Source: Octopus vulgaris (Eukaryota). From it: a stretch of 64,000 nucleotides of DNA. Below are positions 36,750 to 49,352 of this stretch, piece by piece. The notes under the pieces were generated by a model that was not told the DNA's origin, did not search any database, and saw only the letters and a list, made by a program, of their open reading frames with translations. The stretch's first letter is position 1; every line of letters begins with the position of its first letter. The stretch covers positions 169,570,001 to 169,634,000 of the forward strand of contig OX597814.1 of assembly GCA_951406725.2 (NCBI GenBank). Reading direction: 5' to 3'. A program made the position numbers and the translations under genes.

Positions 36750-37685
36750 ACTGGGTGTGGTGAATAAACTGTCATCTAAATTAAGCAAAAATGAAAATAA
36801 CACTGACATCTCATTTTAACAGATATATTTACCAAAATTACAGAAAAATATCTTGAAATACTAAAGAGTAATTTTATTCAATAAAATCGCTATTAGCTTC
36901 AACCATGAACTCCAGAAGACTTCGGAATCTTCTGCATCTCTTCTGATGGTTTCCTTGTTTAAGTTGGTGAATGCTGACATACTTCTTGCCTTCAGTTCAT
37001 CTTTGGTGTTACAAGGAGTTTTGTTGATCTCTTGCTCAACTGTGCCCCACACATAATAATCAAAGGGGTTGCAGTCTGAGGAGTTACGTCACCAAATATT
37101 AGGGGGGATGTGGTCGTAGAAATTGTTTGACAGCCATGAGTGGGTTCTCATGCTTGTATGACATGGTGCAGAGTCCTGTTGTCAGACGTAAGGTCTTCCA
37201 GCAGCCACCCTCTTCACCCAGGGTAGCACTACCTCCTCCAAGCATTTGATGTAGGCATCCATGTTGAGTGTAAGGCCATGTGGGAAGATAAATGGAGGCA
37301 TAACGTCACCATCAATAGTGATCACTTGAAACACCCTGATCTTGACTGGATGTCTGATTTTTATCACTCTCGGTACATGTTTTGGGGACACAGCAAGCCA
37401 ACAGTTGTTCTGTGTGTTCACCATCTGATCTTGGCAGAAATTTTTCTCGTCTGAGAAAACCAAAGCATGTTCAGTTGGAGGGGATGCTTGAGTTTGTTCA
37501 AAAGCTTCGTAGTTTGGTCTTTCCTCTTGTCCTTGATGGCTTGAGATAAAAAAAATTGTCTCTTTCTCATCTTGTATGAGGAATACTGAACATCTTCAGG
37601 CACTACCAACCTGATAAGAAAACTCAGACACTCCCATGTCCCTGGCAATGGACCTGATTGACTTAGAAGGATTGTTGTCAATTAT
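36750..37685 (-). mobile_element. Tc1/mariner DD37D (maT) transposon, 3' portion; transposase pseudogene
   Basis: VFSDEK..QQDSAPCH..SSDCNPFDYYVWG with 37 residues between the 2nd and 3rd catalytic D. Two TGA stops and a frameshift. Right TIR begins TA-CTGGGTGTGG. Confidence 0.9.
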
Positions 37686-37689
37686 GGTT

Positions 37690-38592
37690 TGTCCCATACT
37701 TGTCTCTTATGTGTTTAAATATCTTTCACTCGTTGGTGATGTCCTGTTCTTATTGTATATTTTTCGATATTTTATCCTGTATTTATCTCTCATGTGTTGA
37801 TGCATTTTTCACCTGTTGGTGATGTCCTGTACTTGATGTATTTATTTATTTATAATTGAACACCACACAGCCTTGTCCACAGTAAGTTATTACTGTTATA
37901 TATTACTTTACTCTCAGTTCCCTTTCTTTCTTTCTTTCTTTCAATCTCTCTCTATCCCTCTATAATCCTCTTTATTTTCCGTTTCTCCTCCTTTGCTGTC
38001 CCCTGTCTATCTTTCTTCCACTCTCCACTATCTTTTGTTCCTTCTCTTCTCCTCACTCCCTTTTGTTTCTTTCCCTCCTCCTCTCTCTTGTCCCCCTTCT
38101 CCTCTACTTGTTGCTCCCATGTGATTATAGACCAATTCTCTCACCTCTGTCTTTTCTGGACACAATGTCCACTTAGCTGGACATCATTTTTCTTGCTTCC
38201 CGACATTTTCTCTCTCTTTTTTTTCCTCTTCTACTATTTTCGTCTCTTCTATTTATTCTATATCCTTTCAAAATTTCTCCCAGACATTACCCATTACAAT
38301 GCGTCTTGGCCTAATGGTCCTTCATTGTCTTCATTGATTGTTTACTCTGTACGTCCACTCTGTTGTTGTTTGTTCGTTCAAAGCTCAAACTCTCCACAAA
38401 TTTTGTATTTTCAAATTTCGTGAATGCTACTGTTTCATGAAGGTTTTCTATCTTGTCACTGAAAGCTCAAAATAAGGAGTAATTAACAGTTGACAACTGA
38501 GGAGGGGTTAGACTTCTTTTGGTATTTTGTCCTGTACTTATCTCTCATGTGTTTATGTATTTTTCACTCGTTGGTGATGTCCTGTATTATAT
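37690..38592 (+). repeat. Unclassified element bounded by direct ~75-bp repeats with a CT-rich interior
   Basis: TCCTGTACTTATCTCTCATGTGTT..TTTTCACTCGTTGGTGATGTCCTGT occurs at ~37692, ~37775 and ~38530. Confidence 0.6.
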
Positions 38593-38595
38593 ATA

Positions 38596-38985
38596 CTCTT
38601 ACTCTTTACTTGTTTCAGTCATTTGACTGCGGCCATGCTGGAGCACCGCCTTTAGTCGAGCAACTCGACCCCAGGACTTATTCTTTGTAAGCCCAGTACT
38701 TATTCTATCAGTCTCTTTTGCCGAACCGCTAAGTTACGGGGACATAAACACACCAGCATCGGTTGCCAAGCAATGCTAGGGGGACAAACACAGACACACA
38801 AACATACACACACACACATATATATATATGCATATATACGACAGGCTTCTTTCAGTTTCCATCTACCAGATCCACTCACAAGGCTTTGGTCGGCCTGAGG
38901 CTATAGTAGAAGACACTTGCCCAAAGTGCCACGCAGTGGGACTGAACCTGGAACCATGTGGTTGGTAAGCAAGCTACTTACCACA
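38596..38985 (-). mobile_element. SINE family A, near full length
   Basis: Same head/core/tail as the other A copies. Confidence 0.92.
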
Positions 38986-39099
38986 AATACACACACACAC
39001 AGACATGAAGGAAGTAAATAGACACCTTTAATTTTCAAAACTACAACTTTAATCTTTATACTCTCCAATGCTATTGACTGTTCCCTATTACATGAAACT

Positions 39100-39860
39100 G
39101 TTCCCCAAAAATGGTGACATAAAAAGATGTCAAATTTAGCCTGAACATCCTATACAAAAGGCAACACTGAACATGATGTAGACCCATTGCTAGCAGTGAA
39201 TTTTGTGTTACAGTATTGGAGAGTAGTGGAAACAAGTTTAACTAAAGGTGATCTGTGATCCAAGGGCATCAAAATGGATTTACGAGTCCCAATGAGCCCT
39301 GAGGGCCACAAAACCATACTAGAATTGAGCCTTGGAGAAAGCACTGAGACAAAATGCATAAAATTGACACAGGACAGAAAGATCACTTGTTACATTCGTT
39401 AGAGTGAAATATACTTAAGAGCTGAATACTCAGAACTAGGAATATTAAGCAAAAACAAGGAAAGAAAAATTATGAAGAATGACAGCAAAATAATGATTAA
39501 ACAAAAAGCAAAAAAAAAAAACCCCAGAGTACTAACAAACAAAACTCTGGGGGTAACTAAGGAAATATCTATAGTATCACAATAAATTAGCAAGTATCAC
39601 AAATAGATTAGCAAACTCCTCATCTCCTAACAAAACTAACTTGTAATATTACACCTTCACTATGTGATGCTATGCAATGAGGAAGAAATAATTACGGATG
39701 AAAATTTCCAAACAGTCAGCGAAAATGTGACAGGAACAAAGAGAAAAAAATTCACAGGTGAAGAAAACTCAGCATAAAGCAACAAAAAGAGATCACTCCA
39801 GAGGAAAATAGTAAAGACAACAAAGAGAACGAAGATGAGCAAAGATTTGCTATTCTTTGA
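39100..39860 (+). pseudogene. Possible decayed gag-like ORF1 of a non-LTR retrotransposon
   Basis: A-rich, mostly open frame containing CYIR*SEIYLRAEY (~39389-39430). Each variant position is one substitution from a CX2CX4HX4C knuckle. Followed by K/E/N-rich sequence. Confidence 0.4.
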
Positions 39861-40002
39861 AATCAAACAAATAGTTAATAGTCAAAATTACACATCTCTA
39901 GTAATTTGTAAATTGTTTTTCTTTTTCATACTCCACATTATCCTAGTGAAAATTTCAATTTTTTTGTATCTCATGAGACCCTCGTGGCTAATGAACAAAA
40001 GC

Positions 40003-40042
<40 letters not shown>

Positions 40043-40062
40043 CATTATTATTATTATTATTA

Positions 40063-40252
40063 TTCAGTAGTTTTATTTTTATAGCGTGCTTTCACTTCAC
40101 TACCGAGCACAGCTCTGTGTGCCTTGGGTATGTGCTGTGATTTGTTGTGATGCTCTGATGGTTATTGTATTGAAAGTGTTCTGCGTAGGATGTGTGCAGT
40201 GCCTAGTAGTGCAATTTTCTGTATGTTATATGTGTTTGTAAGTCCTGGTGTT
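40063..40252 (-). mobile_element. R4/Dong-clade non-LTR retrotransposon 3' end, embedded in (TAA)n
   Basis: TPGLTNTYNIQKIALLGTAHILRRTLSIQ* is the typical QK..LLGTA.ILR C-terminus. (ATT)n on both sides. Confidence 0.85.
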
Positions 40253-40325
40253 ATTATTATTATTATTATCATTATTATTATTATTATCATAATTATTATT
40301 ATCATTATTATTATTATTATCATTG

Positions 40326-40357
<32 letters not shown>

Positions 40358-40925
40358 GTTATTATTATTATTATTATTACCATTATTATTGTTGCTGTTG
40401 TTGTTATAGAAGGGGGCAAGCTTGGCAGAATCATTAGCCCACCAGGTGAAATGCTTAGCAGTATTTCATCTGTTGCTACATTCTGAGTTCAAATTCCGCT
40501 GAGGTTTACTTTGCCTTTCATCCTTTCGAGGTCGATAAAATAAGTACCAGCTGGACACTTGGGTCAATGAAATGGACACATCCCCTCCCACCAAAAACTG
40601 CTGCCCTTCTAGCAAAATTTGAAACCATTGTTATTATTATTACTATTATTATTACTATTATTATTACTATTATTATTATTATTATTATTATTGTTGTTGT
40701 TGTTATAATGTAAGGTGGCAAGCTGGCAGAATCATTAGCACACCAGTGAAATGCTTAACGGTATTTCCTCTGTCTTCATGTTCTAAGTTCAAATGCTGCT
40801 GGGGCCGATTTTGCCTTTCATCTTTCCCAGGTCAATAAATTAAGTACCAGTTATGCACTGGGATTGATGTAATCAGCTGGTCCCCTACCCCAAAATTTCA
40901 AAGCCTTGTATCTTCAGTAGAAAGG

Positions 40926-40967
<42 letters not shown>

Positions 40968-41392
40968 GAGACGAAGAGTGTGATTCGATTGTAAGATATT
41001 TTATTGGTTGAACGATATTTCAACAGTAAGCCTGTCTGTCAAGTTCAAAATAAGAAGTGATAAAAATTCAAAATTATAGAAATTTAAATGTAAAGTATAA
41101 ATAAGAGCAACCAGCATCCACACATTAATGGAATGACATCATCAGTTTTGAAGTTACAATTTTATAACAGGTGAAAAGAAAAAAGACAGAAAATATTGTA
41201 ACTTCAAAACCGATGCTGTCATTCCATCAATGTGTGGATGCTGGTTGCTCTCGTTCATACTTTATGCTTAAAATTCTAAAGTTTTAAATTTTTATCACTT
41301 CTTATTTTGAACTTGACAAAGACAGACTTACCGTTGAAATATCGTTCAACCAATAAAATATCTATTGCAATCGAATTGCACTCTTCGTCTTG
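40968..41392. mobile_element. Hammerhead-bearing fold-back element, family e (~195-bp inverted arms) in (ATT)n
   Basis: Arms 40968-41163 and 41194-41392 with a ~30-bp spacer. Each arm carries the ribozyme motif followed by AATAAA. Confidence 0.8.
41307..41349 (+). ncRNA. Minimal type I hammerhead motif with U3-A8 covariant core
   Basis: UUGAAC-UUGACAA-A-GACAG-ACUUA-CCGUU-GAAA-UAUC-GUUCAA. Perfect 6-bp stem I, palindromic AUAU stem III, AUC site. Mirror copy at 41008-41048 (-). Confidence 0.65.
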
Positions 41393-42090
41393 ACTGTTTA
41401 CCTTTGTGAAGAATTACATCGATACTTTTTAGAATATTATTATTATTATTATTATTATTATGCACCAGACAAAATGCTCTGTGCCATTTCTTCCAGCAGT
41501 GCATCCTGAGTTCAAATGTTGCTGAGGTCTTTGTCTTTTGTCCTTTTGGAGTCAATAAGAGAAGTACCAGAGTACCAGTTGAGCACTGTGGTCAATGCAG
41601 TTGATTATCCCACTCCTCCAAAATTTCATGCCATGAGCTTATTTTAGAAAGGATTGTCATCATTATTGTCAATATATTATACATAGGAGTTGATTTGGGA
41701 GAATCATTTGCAGGTTTTTACATTCTGAGGTCAGTAAAATATAGTACCAGTCATGTACTGACTTTGACTTAACTAAACTGTCTTCCAAAACGTCTTGCCT
41801 TGTGTTTATATTAGAAATAATTATATAGGGTGGTAGATTGGCAGAATTGTTTGACAACTGGTAAAAAATTGCTATGCAATATTTGTTCCAACTCTTTATA
41901 TTCTGAGTTCAAATCCAGCCTTGGTTAACTCTTCTTTTTTGGGATTCATAAAAAAATGTATCAGACAAAAACTGGGATTGATAATACTAACTAACCCATC
42001 CTGGTGTTGAACCAAAATTTGAAACAATTATTATTATTATTATTATTATTATTAGCATGGAAAGCGGATGTTAAATGATGATGATGATGA

Positions 42091-42497
42091 TGCTGTTTGA
42101 CTTTTGCTTTACATTTATACAAGTTGGCTCCAAGTCTCACCCAGAGACCTCAAGAGACAACAAGTTGGAAGTTCATGTTGGTGTTATGCCTAGGGTACCA
42201 TATATTTGGTTTTTTGTACTTAGTGTTGTACTAGTGAATGTTTAAGAAACCATAAGAAAATTATGTTTGTTTTAAAACTTGAGATTACATAAAAAGTTTT
42301 TTGTGTAGGATATGAGCAGTTCCCATTAGCACTATCTTTTGAATTTCTGCCATTTTGGGGTTTCCTGGTATCTGAGGTAGGTAGCAATTAGCCCCTTTTG
42401 CTATCATTCCCAGGGCACCTATGACAACAGGTATTGTTTTAGTCTTCAGGTTCTACATTTTGCTAATTTCTATTTCAAGATCTTTATATTTGCTCAG

Positions 42498-42501
<4 letters not shown>
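42091..42501 (-). mobile_element. Second R4/Dong-clade 3' fragment (RLE C-terminal region + 3'UTR)
   Basis: KLSKYKDLEIEISKM*NLKTKTIPVVIGALGMIAKGANCYLPQIPGNPKMAEIQKIVLMGTAHILHKKLFM*. The 5' junction is at (TAA)n. Confidence 0.88.
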
Positions 42502-42543
<42 letters not shown>

Positions 42544-42756
42544 CATATTCTGCAAGCTGGCAGAATTATTAGCATGCCGGGCAAAATGCTTAGTGGCATT
42601 TCGACTGTCTTTATGTTCTAAGTTCAAATTCTGCCAAGGTCAACTTTCATGAATTAAGTACCAGTGTAACACTGGGGGATGATGTGATTGACTATCCCCC
42701 TCCCCCAAATTTCAGGCCTTGTGCCTATAGTAAAAACATTATTATCATTATTGTCA

Positions 42757-42808
<52 letters not shown>

Positions 42809-43236
42809 TTATAGAATTTATGTTCTGAGTTCAAATTCCGCCAAGGTCAACTTTGCCTTTTATCCTTTCAGGGTCAATGAAATAAGTACCAGTTGAGCAC
42901 TAAAGTTGATGTAAATGACTGGCCCCATCCCCCAAAATTCCAAGCCTTGTACCTATAGTAGAAAGGATTATTATTATTATTAATATTATTATTAAGGTGG
43001 TGAGCTAGCAGAATCGTTAGCAGACCAGGTAAAATGCTTAGTAGCATTTCATCCATTTACATGTTCCGAGTTCAAATTTGGTTGAGGTTGACTTTGACTT
43101 TCATTCTTTCGGGTTTGATAAAATAAATACCAGTTGAACAGTAGGATCAATGAGATCGACAATCCTTCTCCCCTCAAATTCCAGGCCTTGTGCCTATAGT
43201 AAAAAAGATTATTACTATTATTGTTATTATTATTAA

Positions 43237-43556
43237 CCGTGGCACGTAAAAGGGCACCATTTGAGCGTGATCGTTACCAACGTCGCTTCACTGGCACCTG
43301 TGTCGAAGGCACATGTAAAAAGATTCGAGCAAGGTCATTGCCAGTACCGCCTGACTGGCCCCCATGAAGGTGGCACGTAAAAAGCACCCACTACACTCTC
43401 GGAGTGGTTGGCGTTAGGAAGGGCATCCAGCTATAGAAACTCTGCCAGATCAAGATTGGAGCCTGGTGCAGCCATCTGGTTGCCAGCCCTCAGTCAAAAC
43501 TGTCCAGCCCATGCTAGCATGGAAAACAGACGTTAAACGAATATGATGATGATGAT
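43237..43556 (+). mobile_element. RTE 3'UTR copy
   Basis: Near-identical to 21760-22130 and 52235-52460. Confidence 0.9.
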
Positions 43557-45079
43557 TATGGTGAGCTGGCAGAATTGTTAGAATGCCAGGCAAGATGCTT
43601 AGCAGCATTTCATCCGTCAACGTTTTGAGTTCAAATTCCGCTGAGAACGACTTTTCCTTTCATTCTCTCTGGGTCAATAAAATAAGTAGCAGCTGAGCAC
43701 TGTGGTTGATGTAATTGACTTATGCTCTCCTCCAAAATTGCGGGCTTTGAGCCACTGAGGTCAACTTTATCTTTCATTCTTATGGGGTCAATAAATTAAG
43801 TACCAGTGAAAAACTGGGGGTCGATGTAATCGACTAGTCCTCTCCCACCAAATTTCAGGCCTTGTGCCTTTAGTAGAAAGGATTATCAAATGGCAGCGAG
43901 CTGGCAGAAGCGTTAGCATGCCAGGCGAAATGCTTAGCGGTATTTCGTCTGCCCTTACGTTCTGAGTTCAAATTCCACCAAGGTCGACTTTGCCTTTCAT
44001 CCTTTTGGGGTTGATGAATTAAGTACCAGTTATGCACTGGGTTCGATGTAATCAACTTAATCCCTTTGTCTATCTTTGTTTGTCCCCTCTATGTTTAGCC
44101 CCTTGTGGGCAATAAAGAAATAAGAAAGGATTATCATCAGCATCATCATCATCATTGTCTTCATTGTCATTATCAAAATGAGGATGAGGGAAAAGATTAC
44201 AAGTAACAAATACCATGTTAGATACCTCGCAACATTCAGTGACTTTTCCTTTAAGTCTTCAGTTCGGACACCATGCCAACCCTGTTGAGGTCAGCTTTGC
44301 TGTTTCACCTTTTCAGGATCAATAAAAATATAAAATCAACTGCAAACCTTTCTGCCACCAAACCAATTTGTCTTGTACTTAAAAAACAAAATTAAAAATC
44401 GTACTTTTTCTATAAAAGTATGTCAGCCACATGACAAGCAAGATGCTTGTCAGAGGGAAAAAAAAACAACATAAATGCATTTAATTGTAGGCCATCATTG
44501 TCCATGTCAAGTTACTTACAACTGAATGAATCTTTAATGGCCATATAAACACTAGTTAGCAATCTGTGCTGGACAGCTGTACTATAAAAGTAAAAGTTAC
44601 ATTGAATTTTAGAAATAACATCTAATAAAAACAAACTAATAGTGATAGGCAAACATAATATTCAATTATTGTAGATCATTGGATATATCATCATCATGAA
44701 CGTTTTTTTTTTGTTGTTAGTTGTTATCATCATTGTTATCATCATGATCAACAACACCACCACCACTACTATCTTCTTCTTTTCCTCCTCCTCCTCCTCC
44801 CCATCCTCCTCCCACTCTTCGTCTTTCACCTGCTCTTTCTGCTTCCCATCATATTCCTATTCTTCCTCCTCCTCCTCCTCCTCCTCCTCCTCCTCCCTCC
44901 GTCGTCATCCTTCCTTCTTTTCATATTTGTAAACAGTCGTCTCTAGGAAAAACCAATGTAAATTTTGTGATGCTATCAAAGATATTCCAGTTTTATAATC
45001 TTTTTCCATATATATTTTTATTTTCTGACGAATAATTTCGATTAGTAGAGATTGTTTTGATAATAAATCATGTTTGGTA

Positions 45080-45820
45080 AATGTGCCTGTATGTGTGCAC
45101 TTGCATGTGTGTGTGTGTGCATTTATACTTGTGTGTATGTGTATGCCTATATGTGCATTTGTGTGTATGCATACATGTGTATGTATATATGTGTATATAT
45201 GCTTATATGTGCCTGTATGTGAGCAGTTGTGTGTGTGCACGTGTGTGTACACATGCATGCATGTGCATGTATACTTGTGTGTATGTGTGTGCCTATATTC
45301 GCATTTGTGTGTATGTGTGTGCCTATATGTGCATTTGTGTGTGCATGTGTGTGTGGACGCATGTGTATGTATATATGTTTATATGTGCCTATATATGTGC
45401 ATTTGTATGTGTGTGTGCATGTGCATGTGTGTGCATGTGTACTTGTGTGTATCTGTATGCCTATATGTGCATTTGTGTGTGCACGCATGTGTATGTATAT
45501 ATGCTTATATGTGCCTGTATGTTCCCTCTATGTTTAGCCCCTTGTGGGCAATAAAGAAATATATATGTGCCTGCATGTGTGCACTTGTGTGTGTGTGTGC
45601 AGATGCATGTGTGTGTATGTGTATGCCTATATGTGCCTTTGTGTGTGTGCATGTGTATGTATATATGCTTATATGTGCCTGTATGTGTGCACTTGTGTGT
45701 GTGTGCACATGTATGCATGTATACTTGTGTGTATTATATGCCTATATATGCATTTGTGCATGTGTGCACGCATGTGTATGTATATATGCTTATATGTGCA
45801 TGTGTGTGTATGTGTGTAAG
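45080..45820. repeat. Degenerate (TG/CA)-based minisatellite containing a SINE B tail at ~45518-45562
   Basis: Recurrent GTGTATGTGTATGCCTATATGTGCATTTGTGT units. The 252-aa ORF is low-complexity C/V/M/Y. Confidence 0.85.
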
Positions 45821-46004
45821 CTTATTTGTTGAAGTACCTGTGATGCATGGCTGTGTTGTATCAGGGATACTGAGCATAGTTTATATTTCTTAGTTGGGAA
45901 TATTTAGTTAATATTCTACCTGTGCTCATCCTATCTTAACCAAATAGAAGAAATGTTACATCTCTTTCCCCCTTAGTCCTATAAATTTGAAGCTGTTGTT
46001 TAGA

Positions 46005-46045
46005 TTCTCTGATGAGCCTTCAGGTAGGGAAACTCTGATCAAAAG
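46005..46045 (+). ncRNA. Decayed hammerhead-like motif
   Basis: UUCU-CUGAUGA-G-CCU-UCAGGU-AGG-GAAA-CUCUGA-UC-AAAA. Stem I is imperfect. Confidence 0.35.
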
Positions 46046-47111
46046 TTTCTGATGATGTCTATTATCTCTTCATTACAATGACCCTTTTCCTCTACTTCAG
46101 CCTTATAAATTAAAAAGTGCTGTTGTCCAGGTATGTGACAAACCCTGATCCAGTAGAATTATGATAGACTACATTCCAGTTCTTACCATTATCTAATCTG
46201 TTGTTTTTCTGTTAGAACCTCCTATATTTTACACTATCACATTTAGAAATGGCCGTTTGGGGAATTCTTTGTCAAATATTGCAATGCTTATCCCTTTGGT
46301 TTATTTAGAGAGTTCACAGCAGATGGTGTATTAGTTGGTTGCTGCCAATATCATTTTTTTATTATTTTTTACATCATTAGCTTACTGAAGATGAGATTCT
46401 CCTCACTGATACTTGACTTAGCAAGCATTAAGCATAATGGTTTGCTTGAGACTGTTAAATAGCTGAGGGCAAATATGATCAAAATATATTAGTTTCTGCT
46501 TGCACATGGTGTTTAGCTAGCTGAAAATATTGTCTACTTGGTTTCATCTCTCATTCATGGGATCTACAAAGCAGCGTCACAACACAGAGCTGCCAATTTT
46601 GTGCTATCAGTCACTGTTTTGTAGCCATGCCTTTGTACAGAGATATTTGAGAGGTATTTGTTGACCATGCAAATATAAAATATTACAGTCACACTCTAAC
46701 CTCTCATCATCTGACACAAGACCAACTCCTTCAATGCCTCCTCCTCTCTCAATGATTCTTTGTCTTGCCAGTTACTTGGTGACCCTGTCAGTGCTTGGAT
46801 AGATTAGATGAGAGTGCAAGCTCATCTGATAAAAAAATTCATCTGAAAATGAAACGTTTTCTCCAAAATAAGTCACCGGGAAAGGGGTTAATATGTAGAA
46901 TTAGTATCCAGTCCACACTGCAAAGTGGTTGACATTTGAAAGGGCATCCTACTGCAAAAACCATGCTAAAACTGTGCTGGTGCCACATAAAAATTACTCA
47001 GTCTACTCTGCAGGGTGAGTGGTGTTAGATAGGGCATCCATCTGTAAAAATTGTGCCAAAACAATCACAGAAGTCTGGTACAGTCTTCTGCTTGGTCAGC
47101 TCCTGTTAAGA

Positions 47112-47246
47112 GTGGGCATGTGGCATAGTGGTTAAGAGTGCAGGCTACTAACCCCAAGATTCTGAGTTCAATTCCAAACAGTGACAATTATAATAATAAT
47201 AATAACATCGAAAAATACCTTAGGAATGAGGACCTAGGTTTGAAAT
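47112..47246 (+). mobile_element. Family a element, tRNA head only
   Basis: TGGCATAGTGGTTAAGAGTGCAGGCTACTAACCCCAAGATTCTGAGTTCAATTCC-(AAT)n-CGAAAAATACCTTAGGAATGAG. Stops before the hammerhead. Confidence 0.8.
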
Positions 47247-47541
47247 TGTGTTATACCGCTATATTTGGTGGTTATTTATGCAATGACTTTGTGGACGGTA
47301 AATGGATTGGATGTGGTACACGAGGTGCAAGAATTCCTGAAATAAACATATACACTCATTACTTATTTTTCTATCTTCAATCCCATTGTTTACATAGACA
47401 TATTTGAATATGAAACGTCGTAACTTTCGATGCTGGCTCTAGTTTCTACAGAAAACCTGTAGAGATAATTTCAAAAAGTTAGTGTGAACATATTCAGCAT
47501 AGCGAGCATAGTCAGTGTTAGCTTAATTAACATAATGAGCA

Positions 47542-47726
47542 TTAATCCTTTAGCATTCAAACTGGCTATATCCAGCCTCTCACACCTACCTTACAATGTC
47601 GTTCTAAACAATAAATGATCACATCATCAAAATCTCGAAGCTACATGATAATGCATAGTTAATTCAAAACAACGTGAATAAATAAGTATTACATTTGATA
47701 GAAAAATCTGAAAGCTAATGGGTTAA
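47542..47726. mobile_element. piggyBac-like MITE
   Basis: TTAA-TCCTTTAGCATTCA ... TGAAAGCTAATGGG-TTAA: imperfect TIRs with TTAA on both sides. Confidence 0.75.
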
Positions 47727-48006
47727 ACCTAACCAGCAATGAACGAACAGTGAGAAAAAATTTAATATTAATCTGTGATTAATATGATGTTCAATTTTCC
47801 AGCAAATATAAGGCAACTCATGGCATGACTTGACCTTGTTCTAACTATCACAGCAAATTCTCGTATTCAGACAGACAAACACTTATCACTTTGTACATCA
47901 ATGTTTCGGAGTTTCCTCCATACACACAGACATGCACACATAGACACACACACAGATGCATGCATGCATACATACATACATACATACATACATACAGATG
48001 TGTGTG

Positions 48007-48067
<61 letters not shown>

Positions 48068-48078
48068 ATATATCTCTC

Positions 48079-48452
48079 TCTATATAAACGGCAGTTTGTC
48101 TGTGCGTGTTTCTGTGTGTCTGTTTTCTTGTACCCTCACCCTGACCACGGCTTTCAACCGATTCTGATGAAACTTGACACAAACATAGCCCAATGTCATA
48201 ATTCAAAACTAACACAGCGAAAATTTTGAAAAGTTCCCCCAGTTCTGAAAAAATCGATAAATTCGACATGGGGTCGAGAATCAGAAACACAAACCGCAAA
48301 CTGTCTAGGGGACGCAACTCCACCTTTTTTAACTAAAAAAAAATTTACCATCATTTTTTCCATCTTTTTGCTATTTTTTGGCTATAACTCTCTAAAAATG
48401 CTTTATAGTTATTTCCCTTACAAACCTGAGCAACGCCGGGCGATACTGCTAG
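48079..48452 (+). mobile_element. Non-autonomous Helitron
   Basis: 5' TCTATATAAA, subterminal hairpin CCTGAGCAACGCCGGG, 3' CTAG followed by T. No TIR or TSD. Confidence 0.75.
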
Positions 48453-48469
48453 TATATATATATATATAT

Positions 48470-48928
48470 AAGTTCAGCAAAATTTAGATTCAGATGAATA
48501 TGGTACTTAAGTCAAAGGCACCAGAATTTTGTATGGTATTATCCATATAAATCCATGGGGTGATTACAATCAAAATAAGTAACAAGTACATCTGAGGTAA
48601 TGTGGCACAATCGTTTCATGCTACTTCATTTTATTAAACACTGTAAGCATTACATCAGTTTTAAAATGTCGAGCAATCCTCAGCCACCTTTAGAAATTTT
48701 CCAATCAAACGGACAATGCACATTCTTATCCCTATTTCATTTGCCAACTTTATAACGAGGGTAGATATACAGACAGAGAGGTTGATTTCATTCTTAAGAA
48801 CATGATAGTATTAAATCTACTTGCTCGACATTTTAAAACTGATGTAATGCTTACAGTGTTTAATAAAATGAAGTAGCATGAAACGATCGTACCACATTAC
48901 CTCGGATATACTTGTTGCTTATTTTGAT
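48470..48928 (-). mobile_element. Hammerhead-bearing element, family g, with inverted arm, in (TA)n
   Basis: Arms 48569-48676 / 48821-48927. Minus strand 48602-48687: GUGG-CUGAGGA-UUGCU..AGCAU-GAAA-CGAUUG-UG-CCAC. The other arm retains CGAUCG-UA. Confidence 0.75.
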
Positions 48929-49014
48929 ATATATATATGTGTGTGTACATCCAGTATATATATACATATATATATAGCATGGAAGGCAGACGTTAAATGA
49001 TGATATATGTATAT

Positions 49015-49141
49015 AGAGTTTTATATTTAACAGATGAGGAATTATGTACATTATTTACATATGGCATATTAGTTAAGAGCGTGGGCTACTAACCCCAAGA
49101 TTCTCAGTTTGATTCCAGGCAGTGACCATAATAATAATAAT

Positions 49142-49181
<40 letters not shown>

Positions 49182-49322
49182 TCAAAAAATACCTTAGAAA
49201 TGAGAACCCAGGTTCAAAATTCCCCCAAGACACCTGATGTAGGCTGGAGGGTATATCAGCCGAAACATTGTGTTAACAACAAACAAGATGAGGACAAATA
49301 TCTGTCAAATATATGTAATGTA
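49015..49322 (+). mobile_element. tRNA-headed hammerhead-tailed element (family a)
   Basis: Short inverted copy of its own 3' end (49015-49060), tRNA head, (AAT)n, hammerhead 49229-49274 GACAC-CUGAUGU-A-GGCUG..CAGCC-GAAA-CAUU-GUGUU. Confidence 0.8.
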
Positions 49323-49352
49323 TATACATATATGTAGGCATACCTCCCATTG

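Larger units (their letters stand above)
40412..44125 (+). mobile_element. Dense same-orientation cluster of about 11 SINE family B copies interleaved with (ATT)n
   Basis: Copies start at ~40412, 40714, 41460, 41690, 41826, 42550, 42815, 42995, 43558, 43755 and 43891. The last has a 14-bp TSD AGAAAGGATTATCA (43875 / 44123). Confidence 0.88.

Noticed and set aside
38452-38497. TTGTCA-CTGAAAG-CTC..GAG-TAA..TGACAA possible hammerhead
   Set aside because: Stem I pairs, but both the core and GAAA are defective. A single copy is insufficient.
48155-48180. CTGATGAAAC resembling a hammerhead core
   Set aside because: No stem II between CUGAUGA and GAAA. It is part of a CCGATT..GATGAAACTTG motif inside the Helitron.
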